Positions 56,682 to 64,000 of a stretch of DNA of 64,000 nucleotides are shown here, one piece after another (positions within the stretch are counted from its first letter, which is position 1; the number at the start of each line of letters is the position of its first letter). The DNA comes from Candidatus Poribacteria bacterium. GTDB taxonomy: Bacteria; Poribacteria; WGA-4E; PCPOR2b. Both the position numbers and the translations under genes were made by a program. A model generated the notes under the pieces. It did no database searches, was not told where the DNA came from, and saw nothing but the letters and a program-made list of their open reading frames with translations. The stretch is from positions 4,448,001-4,512,000 of the forward strand of contig OZ220744.1 of NCBI GenBank assembly GCA_965116925.1, read 5' to 3'.

Positions 56682-59600
56682 TCAAAATTGTGGCAGTTCA
56701 TGTGTTACGCGGCGTGTATTGTATTCTAGTTGATAGCGAAGGTGTTTTGGGGTCTGTGGGTATTTTTCCGCATTGGGATACGGATAGGCGGACATGTCGT
56801 GAAATGGTAGTGGTCCAACTGTCTGTGAAGACAGGGTATTGATATCGCCATCCTTGTCCCATCCATCGCTGTAGAGGATAAAATCCCGCTCCCAGCCCTC
56901 TTCCAATGGTGGCAATTCAGCTGCATCAAACTCGACGGTCATCTCGTCTCCGGCATTCAAGATGACATACATATCGTCAATTTCCTCTAGCAAAGGCGTC
57001 ACTTCTCCGTACCGGGTGTAATGTCCTGCTAGGTCACGCCACTGCTTCGCTGTTGTAACTTCATTGTAATCAAACAGGTGAGGTGCATGGGGAGTTGGAC
57101 GATACATCTTAGAGAAACCGCGATAGTGGAGATCTGTGTGGTTCGGAGATAGTTCCGTGATGCGTATCGGCACGTCCTCTCCGTCGATGGAGAAAAACGC
57201 TGAATCCCAGTAAATCTGCATATTGGATGCAATTTTTACCCTCCGATCTGTCGAAAGGAATTTGTCCGTCAGATCGATGCAGATAGTCTTATTTTTACCT
57301 GCGGGTATGCCGATGAGATCGATGACCGTCTGCCACTTTCCCTCCTTATCACGAACCTGTAGATAAGGAAAGTACGGATTAATCGCCGGATTCTGTGAGA
57401 GTGCAAGGTTGATACTGGTATCTGTTGGGAAAATCCAGCCGTTGAGAAACAGAGTAAGTCCCGAATCATGAGGCACGTCCCCCAGATCGAGGACGATGAA
57501 GTGGGGTTCAACGACACCCTGGAACACCCCCGGCTCGTGTTCAACCGCATAGCGATAATCGACAGCTTTGAGTGCGTCGGAGACATCGTATCCATGATGG
57601 TCGAGTGCTATGCGCGGATGATGAATCGCTTTCGCCGTGTAGATTTTGAACTCTGGAAAGGGCGGTGTCGTATATCTCTCATCAACGAAGATTTGAGTCC
57701 CGGCGGGGTGATCTATGGCAAGCAGCTTGACCATATCGAAATAGGCTGTTTCCCATAGCTCCTCCGTGATCTGAAGTGAGTAGACGCCCGCTTTCGGCTT
57801 TATGAGGTCCCCGGGAATTTTGACGTAATCTGCGGTTTCAGCAGCTGCGAGAAATCCCATCGGTGTGACCATCCCAAGCGGACTGCGCCACAAGAGATCT
57901 GTTACGAATTGATAACCACTACCGTCATAGACGTAGAGGAATGGGCACGACCCTTTCAATACCTGCTTTTCGAGGATGCGCTGGTTCGATTGAGGGGTGA
58001 TGACATTCTGTGGAACACCGTTTGTCCAGACAACCCGTAGCACATCCGCCTGTTTCTCTTTCCCCAAACCGAAATGTGTTATCGGATCGGTAACGTATTT
58101 CATCTGGTACAGTTCGCCCGCCTTGAGTTCCACTTTTGCGCCGATGCCGTCAATGTTGTTCTTGTTGTTACCAGCGTTGACACCTTCTAACTTGACTTGC
58201 AGCCAACTGTTTTGGTTTCCACCCTCGTTGTGCAGCGCGACAACCTTACCAGCGAAATCAATTAGGAAGAGGTCAAGATCTCCGTCGTTATCGTAATCGC
58301 CAACTGTGCCATTGCCTCCACTCTGAATCCCTTCAGGCAAGAGATTTGAGGCGTCGGTGAAGCGACCAGTCCCATCGTTCCTAAACAGGAAAACGCCACG
58401 TCCGTTCCCCTCTCTTGGTGTGCCGATAAGCCATAGATCCAAGAAACCGTCGTTGTCGTAATCGAGGAAATGAGCATCTGAACCGCGCACCTCCTTTGCA
58501 GCGTTGATGGCTGCATCATACGAACGGACATCAGGGGCAAAGGTGCCATCGCCGCGGTTGCGATAGAGTTGATGGGGTGTGTCGCCATCGGTTGCTAGAA
58601 ACAGGTCAATATCGCTATCGTTGTCGTAATCTCCAACTGCGACTGCTGTGAAGGCATGGTTTTGAGAGACACCTATTTCATCGGTTAATGCCTGCAGCTT
58701 GCCCTGACGTAGGTTAGTGTAGAGCGTACAGCCACTTCCATCATTTGCGATTAACAGATCAATATCGCCATCATCGTCAAAATCGCCAAGCCCTGCATCT
58801 CGTGCGCCGGATCGTTCCGATGGGATGAAGGTCTGGTCACTAACATCGCTGAAGACGCCATCGCCATTGTTGCGGTACATCTCCACTCGGTTCCCCGTTA
58901 TGAAAAGATCCAGATCTCCATCATGGTCATAGTCAACAAATAGATTTGGTCCTCTGGATTGGGCTTTTAGACTCTGATCTGATTGGGCTCCATCAAAGTC
59001 CGCCATCTCGGTGAAGTTACCCGCTCCATCATTGCGAAGCAGGACGCTCCCCGTGTTTCCATACAGATACAGATCTGGGTCGCCATCCTTGTCGAAATCA
59101 GCAAATGTGCCGGTGTCTCCACGACTGCCGACTGTAGCGGTGGGGACAAATTTTCCACCTTCATTCCGAAAGAGATTAGGTTTAGTATTTGGGGTGGCAA
59201 AAATGGCACACAGATCGAGATCGCTGTCGTTATCGTAATCTGTTAGCAGAATTTTGGAGCGTCTCCCGTTCAGGTCGTCAAGCCCAACCTCCTGAGTTAC
59301 ATCGGCAAAGTTCACTCCGATTGGTGGCGTCTCTTTTGCTTTGATTCGTGCCTTGAACCCGGAACTGAAGCTCTCGATTGGATGCCCCAAGATGTTTGTC
59401 ACTAACTCTCCGATTCCCTGTTGATAGCGGGGACTTCGCTTTTGGACGTTTTCAAAAATCTGAATATATCGGGCGGCTCCTTTGATATCGTTTTGGTCTA
59501 TCAAAAGCAGTCCCTGTTTCAGATACTTGAGAAAGTCTTCATCGGCATCCCATAGCAGGGCATTCAACTCCATGCAAATCCGCTTCGCTTCCTCAACCTG

Positions 59601-60188
59601 TTCTCGTCGTAAAAGTACGTTCGCTAACTTGAGCAATACCACTACATTCGCTGGGGTTCGCTCGCGCAATTCTCGCAGGTGGGAAATCGCCTCCTCCATC
59701 GCGGCTGGGTTGTTCCGCTGACTGAGATAGTGACGTGTCAGTTTATATCGCGTTTCAAGATCATCCGGCGCAAGTTTCACCGCTTCCTGAATCGCTGTAA
59801 CCGCTTCCGCAGTTCTGCTTTGCGATTGATAGATTTCCGCCAAAATAAAATGTAATTGGCTGTCCATCGGTTCAACTTCAAGCCCCCGTTTGACCCATAT
59901 TTCTGCCTCCTCACGCTGTTTGAGGCGCAGATGTGCAACGGCGAGGTTGCCGTAACCGATCGATTCATCGGGTGCAAGGTCAATCAACCCCTGAAACTGC
60001 TCAATCGCTTGATGTAGTTGGGATTCCTCGAGATAAGCTAATCCGAGGTTCTGGTGACGTATCGCAGCTGAGACGATTTCGTCAACAGTCTGTTGGGCGT
60101 TGGCGATGGGGATGTAGATAAGGAGTAAAACGTGAAACGTGAAACGTGATAAGAAAGATTTCATGAGTTTAGGGGGACGGACATTCAT
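56682..60188 (-). CDS. Secreted TPR + FG-GAP repeat + ASPIC/UnbV (CRTAC1-like) protein with extra C-terminal domain
   Basis: Signal peptide; N-terminal TPRs; seven D.D.DGD.D-type repeats; HFGLG...VVWTNG; GSCP-starting C-terminal domain. Confidence 0.88.
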   Translation of the reverse strand: MNVRPPKLMKSFLSRFTFHVLLLIYIPIANAQQTVDEIVSAAIRHQNLGLAYLEESQLHQAIEQFQGLIDLAPDESIGYGNLAVAHLRLKQREEAEIWVKRGLEVEPMDSQLHFILAEIYQSQSRTAEAVTAIQEAVKLAPDDLETRYKLTRHYLSQRNNPAAMEEAISHLRELRERTPANVVVLLKLANVLLRREQVEEAKRICMELNALLWDADEDFLKYLKQGLLLIDQNDIKGAARYIQIFENVQKRSPRYQQGIGELVTNILGHPIESFSSGFKARIKAKETPPIGVNFADVTQEVGLDDLNGRRSKILLTDYDNDSDLDLCAIFATPNTKPNLFRNEGGKFVPTATVGSRGDTGTFADFDKDGDPDLYLYGNTGSVLLRNDGAGNFTEMADFDGAQSDQSLKAQSRGPNLFVDYDHDGDLDLFITGNRVEMYRNNGDGVFSDVSDQTFIPSERSGARDAGLGDFDDDGDIDLLIANDGSGCTLYTNLRQGKLQALTDEIGVSQNHAFTAVAVGDYDNDSDIDLFLATDGDTPHQLYRNRGDGTFAPDVRSYDAAINAAKEVRGSDAHFLDYDNDGFLDLWLIGTPREGNGRGVFLFRNDGTGRFTDASNLLPEGIQSGGNGTVGDYDNDGDLDLFLIDFAGKVVALHNEGGNQNSWLQVKLEGVNAGNNKNNIDGIGAKVELKAGELYQMKYVTDPITHFGLGKEKQADVLRVVWTNGVPQNVITPQSNQRILEKQVLKGSCPFLYVYDGSGYQFVTDLLWRSPLGMVTPMGFLAAAETADYVKIPGDLIKPKAGVYSLQITEELWETAYFDMVKLLAIDHPAGTQIFVDERYTTPPFPEFKIYTAKAIHHPRIALDHHGYDVSDALKAVDYRYAVEHEPGVFQGVVEPHFIVLDLGDVPHDSGLTLFLNGWIFPTDTSINLALSQNPAINPYFPYLQVRDKEGKWQTVIDLIGIPAGKNKTICIDLTDKFLSTDRRVKIASNMQIYWDSAFFSIDGEDVPIRITELSPNHTDLHYRGFSKMYRPTPHAPHLFDYNEVTTAKQWRDLAGHYTRYGEVTPLLEEIDDMYVILNAGDEMTVEFDAAELPPLEEGWERDFILYSDGWDKDGDINTLSSQTVGPLPFHDMSAYPYPNAEKYPQTPKHLRYQLEYNTRRVTHELPQF

Positions 60189-60379
60189 ACCTCTATTGTC
60201 TGAAGGGGGACGCAGATCTCGCTGATAAAACTAGGGCGTGTTGCCATTTTAATGTTGCTAATTCGGCAAACGCTGGAATCATCGGGCAATCTGCCAAATG
60301 TAGTGCTGTTAGTTTGCCTGTTGGGATCACAATCTAACAGATCGTGGTACAAGGGACTATTTTTATGAAGTAAGTTGTT

Positions 60380-61417
60380 CTATTTGCCTTCCAGTTCAGC
60401 ACGGACGATCTGCGTTCCGGCGACAAGATTTTTCAGTTTCAAACAACATATCCAGCGTGGAAGTTGAAAGAAGCCACAGTCGGGCGAAATACTCAATCGT
60501 TCGGGCGGACAGTGCTGCAACACTTGGCGGATACGATCGGCGATCTCTTCAGGCGGTTCTTGCCAAAAACTCTTGATGTCCACAACCCCCGCCATAAAGT
60601 CAAACTGTCCCTCAAATCTACTGTAGATATCGTGCTCGATCATTTCGCGGTTGGCGAACTCCATTGACAGGCAGTCGACATTCATATCTAGCAACGCTGG
60701 GAACATCCAGTCATACCGGCGTTTGCCACGGGGACGTGACCCCAAATTGCCGAAGCAGATGTGTAGGTTTTTTCGCACTGAGACCCCATCAAGGGCGCGA
60801 TTGAGCAGTGCCACCCAATCTTCGAGTTTGCCGGGGATAATACCGAAACTCGGTTCATCAAGTTGGACCTCGGTACACCCTTCTTCCTCAAGGGCTTTCA
60901 ATTCTTGGTTGATAACTTCGGCGAATTCCCAGCCAAGTTCGACACGGTCTTTATACGGGTCGCCATCCCGGATCTGGATGTGCATGGTCAACGTCAGGGG
61001 ACCTGGGCAACACGCCTTGATTCGCTGTCCTTCGCCGGCGTTTGCTTTCAGGAACTGGAATTCCTCTACGATACCCAAACCAGCTGGGATGTGCACCCGA
61101 CCCTCAAGATTGTAACGTGGGACGCTATCGTACGCATACAGTCCGGTTTGGCGGAGGACAGGTCGTTCAATTAATCCCTCCATCCGTCCGTAGAAGGTTT
61201 GTACGAAATACCAGCGGCGCATTTCACCGTCCGTGATAGTGTCAACGCCGGCCTCCTTCTGGTCCAGGATTGCTAGCCGGACAGCGTCATCATAAACCTC
61301 TCTTATGTCGGTCGGTCCGTACTCACCGCGTTTTTCTGCCTCCATCGCTGTCCAAAACCAACCCGGCATCGCATGGGAACCGATCACCGTAGTGGGAAGC
61401 AATTGTTCGTATGACAT
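60380..61417 (-). CDS. Cobalamin-independent methionine synthase II family (single catalytic barrel)
   Basis: TTVIGS, TDGEMRR, VQLDEP, HICFGN, MEF, PDCG zinc-ligand pattern; 345 aa. Confidence 0.85.
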   Translation of the reverse strand: MSYEQLLPTTVIGSHAMPGWFWTAMEAEKRGEYGPTDIREVYDDAVRLAILDQKEAGVDTITDGEMRRWYFVQTFYGRMEGLIERPVLRQTGLYAYDSVPRYNLEGRVHIPAGLGIVEEFQFLKANAGEGQRIKACCPGPLTLTMHIQIRDGDPYKDRVELGWEFAEVINQELKALEEEGCTEVQLDEPSFGIIPGKLEDWVALLNRALDGVSVRKNLHICFGNLGSRPRGKRRYDWMFPALLDMNVDCLSMEFANREMIEHDIYSRFEGQFDFMAGVVDIKSFWQEPPEEIADRIRQVLQHCPPERLSISPDCGFFQLPRWICCLKLKNLVAGTQIVRAELEGK

Positions 61418-61659
61418 GAATTCTCCTTTATAAATGAGTAAGAATTAAACTGTCGAAAGTGCATAGTAAGCCTTAGAAATGTTGCACCTAACTTTATCAC
61501 ACTTTGCTTAACTTTAGCAACACTTTATCAGGGCTACCTATCAATTATCGCTTGACAATATCGCCGAATTAAGATAAATTGTTCGCTGTTTACGAGGAAA
61601 TTTATCCTTATTAATTCAAAAACCTGTTACCATTTATGGGGAAATTACTGGAGGTTTTT

Positions 61660-62415
61660 ATGAAATTTGTTCGATATCAATCTAATGGAAATGTAAATTA
61701 CGGGACGCTTTCAGGCAACACTATTAACGAAATAGATGGCGATCCAATCACCGGACATAGCGAAACCGGGAATACAGTCGCATTGGGGGATGTAGAACTG
61801 CTCGCGCCGGTCACACCGGGGAAGGTATTGGCAGTTGGACTGAATTATAGAAGCCATCTCGACGGTGCGCCAGAGCCAGCGAATCCGGAGATCTTCATCA
61901 AGACGCCTACTTGCCTAAACGATCCGGAGGGAAACATTGTGCTGCCGGATGGTGACGATAACGTTCACGCAGAGGGTGAATTGGTCGTTGTCATCAAGAA
62001 CCGCACGAAAGGAGCCACTCCCGAAGAAGCTGCCGCGAACATTTTAGGTGTTACCTGTGGTAACGACGTCAGTGCCCGAACATGGCAAAGCAATGACATG
62101 CAGTGGTGGCGTGCAAAAGCATCCGATACATTTGGTCCCGTCGGTCCTGCCGTTGTAACCGGTCTCGACTACAACGCGCTGCAATTGGAGACACGAATAA
62201 ACGGCGAGGTTGTGCAATCGCAGACTACCGCGGATCTGATTTTCCCTGTGGAAGCGGTTGTCAGTTTCGTTTCGCAGGCGATGACGCTTGAACCGGGAGA
62301 TGTTATCTTCACTGGAACCCCCGGAACAACATCAGCCTTAAAGGCTGGGGATGTGGTAGAGGTAGAACTTGAAGGGATCGGCGTCCTGAAAAACACTGTC
62401 GTTGATGCGTCGTAA
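61660..62415 (+). CDS. Fumarylacetoacetate hydrolase family protein
   Basis: VGLNYRSH, EGEL, GNDVSAR, KASDTFGP, TGTP. Confidence 0.93.
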   Translation: MKFVRYQSNGNVNYGTLSGNTINEIDGDPITGHSETGNTVALGDVELLAPVTPGKVLAVGLNYRSHLDGAPEPANPEIFIKTPTCLNDPEGNIVLPDGDDNVHAEGELVVVIKNRTKGATPEEAAANILGVTCGNDVSARTWQSNDMQWWRAKASDTFGPVGPAVVTGLDYNALQLETRINGEVVQSQTTADLIFPVEAVVSFVSQAMTLEPGDVIFTGTPGTTSALKAGDVVEVELEGIGVLKNTVVDAS

Positions 62416-62598
62416 GCCAATATATAGCTTGAAGGCTTATGTCAAAAGAAAGTGCAAAACGCAAAAAGCGTGAAACGTGAAACGTAATGCGTAAAGGGGC
62501 AGTAAGGTACTAGTTTATTGGTGCAGTCGGGCTAGGGAGCCCAACCTAAATGTAGGTGGATTTGCTAACTGAAGTTCAAGAATTGGGCGGTGCAAGTT

Positions 62599-63135
62599 AT
62601 GAACGACCTGAATACGGCGGATCCTTATTTTACGTTTCAAGACGGTTTTGTTCCGGTGAAGATACTCGCCGGCAACCATATTTTTGAACGGCTTGCGCCG
62701 CAGCGGACGAGTATCATCTTTGGGGTAACAGAACTGCCGTGGGCTGTTGCTGCTTATCGAATTAATGAACTCATTATACAGCTAGAGCCAAATCTTGACG
62801 AGGTGGACGCAATCGCTATCGAAAATTCAGGGAAAGCCCGACTTGTCCGTGATAGTGCAGTTATTTACGAGTTAGATTGCATCATCCCGCCGGACATTAC
62901 CGGATTGCACTCTAATTTTTTCTACCGTTGTCCTGAATGCAACGAGCACATTTACGAATGCACACATCTCCGAATCGGTGAACGAGATAAACGTAAAGCC
63001 TCTCCCTCACCGTCTGTTGCCTCAGAAGTCACAACCTGTCCTATCTGTGACGGCAAGATCCAGCACCTCGCACAGGGGATAAGTTTTTGCCTCGACTGCG
63101 ATTGGGAGCACGGCTTGGAACCGATCCGTCGATAA
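62599..63135 (+). CDS. Hypothetical protein with C-terminal zinc-ribbon-like motifs
   Basis: CPEC..C.H and CPIC...CLDC. Confidence 0.55.
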   Translation: MNDLNTADPYFTFQDGFVPVKILAGNHIFERLAPQRTSIIFGVTELPWAVAAYRINELIIQLEPNLDEVDAIAIENSGKARLVRDSAVIYELDCIIPPDITGLHSNFFYRCPECNEHIYECTHLRIGERDKRKASPSPSVASEVTTCPICDGKIQHLAQGISFCLDCDWEHGLEPIRR

Positions 63136-63181
63136 AAGGGTTGACAATCAGTTTTTGAAACAACGGAGGACACCACCAGTT

Positions 63182-64000
63182 ATGAAAATCACCCGTATCA
63201 AACTCTATATCGTCAACGTGCCCGAACGAAAATGGTGGTGGTCTGATGACTTTTATGGTCAGCCAGCACACCAACGGTCAGAGCATGGCATCGCTGAAGT
63301 CGAAACCAGCGAAGGACTGACAGGACTTACCCAGATAGGGCGTGCTACGCCGATGGCAACCATGGAGGCAGCGTTGAGCGAATGGTTGGGTCAGGATGTA
63401 CTAAAGATTAATCTCGCCGATTCGACCACACCAATGGTGGGTGCTTTTGAACAGGCGGTACTTGATCTGCGCGGTCAGGTACTCGGCGTCCCGATCTGGA
63501 GTTTGCTTGGTGGCAGACTCCGGGATCGCATTTTTGTCACCCAATGTACTGGCTACAAGACGCCGCAGCACACAGCAGAGGACGCACAGTGGGGATGGGA
63601 ACACGGTTTTCGTGCCTACAAGATGAAGTGCATCACGAGCAGAGAGACGACATCAGAGGAACGCATCCGCTATGTTGCTGACCGCATTGAAGCCATCCAC
63701 AAAGTCCTACCGGACATGGCAGTACGCCCCGATATTCGCTGGCGGCTTGAGGAGGTCTGGGTGGCTCAAGAACTTGCTCGTCGCTTGCAGGGGCATCGGG
63801 TGGAGAGTCTAGAAAGTCCGATAACTAAACGCGCGGCAGGGGGCACCTTTTCTGAGTGGCGTCGTCTGCGACAGACCATCCACCTCCCTGTGGGGGACCA
63901 CGTCTATAACAGCGAAGATCTCATCCAGCGGTTTCAGGCGGAGGCACTTGATTACGCGATTGTTGGAGGTTCGACTGCTTTTGAGGCGATTAATCAATCA
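63182..64000 (+). CDS. Mandelate racemase/muconate lactonizing enzyme family, runs off window edge
   Basis: Read by hand: MKITRIKL..., AVLDLRGQVLGVPIWSLLGG, YKMK, LESP; GGAGG upstream; not in the ORF track. Confidence 0.85.
   Translation, partial: MKITRIKLYIVNVPERKWWWSDDFYGQPAHQRSEHGIAEVETSEGLTGLTQIGRATPMATMEAALSEWLGQDVLKINLADSTTPMVGAFEQAVLDLRGQVLGVPIWSLLGGRLRDRIFVTQCTGYKTPQHTAEDAQWGWEHGFRAYKMKCITSRETTSEERIRYVADRIEAIHKVLPDMAVRPDIRWRLEEVWVAQELARRLQGHRVESLESPITKRAAGGTFSEWRRLRQTIHLPVGDHVYNSEDLIQRFQAEALDYAIVGGSTAFEAINQS

Overview
Bacterial chromosomal window of about 55 CDSs. The gene mix (many Gfo/Idh/MocA, zinc-ADH, SDR, enolase-superfamily and PhyH enzymes, a BMC vertex gene, TPR/FG-GAP proteins, dense intergenic mini-repeats) suggests a Poribacteria-like organism; this taxon is inferred, not shown. 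Core content: folD, a partial dcw cluster (rsmH-ftsL-ftsI-murE-murF-mraY), dcd, sigma54-type glnA-glnB, and a GldAFG-like ABC operon. Main observation: a 1444-bp TnpB-only IS200/IS605 element (24922-26365) appears inserted 5 nt inside the ftsI coding sequence. Removing it exactly restores ATG-AAC-AAT-ATA-TCT, and its right end (omegaRNA region) supplies a new in-frame RBS and ATG that would keep FtsI expressed. Also found: an integrase-less integron cassette with an attC site followed by a toxin-antitoxin cluster that includes an uncharacterised two-gene module; a TPR-multiheme cytochrome and a TPR/FG-GAP/ASPIC-UnbV protein flanking that island; an eutN gene ahead of a two-component system whose NtrC-like regulator lacks GAFTGA; and several MITE and REP-like repeat families, some nested in each other or inserted in frame in genes. 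No rRNA, tRNA or CRISPR array was recognised. All calls were made by eye, without database searches.
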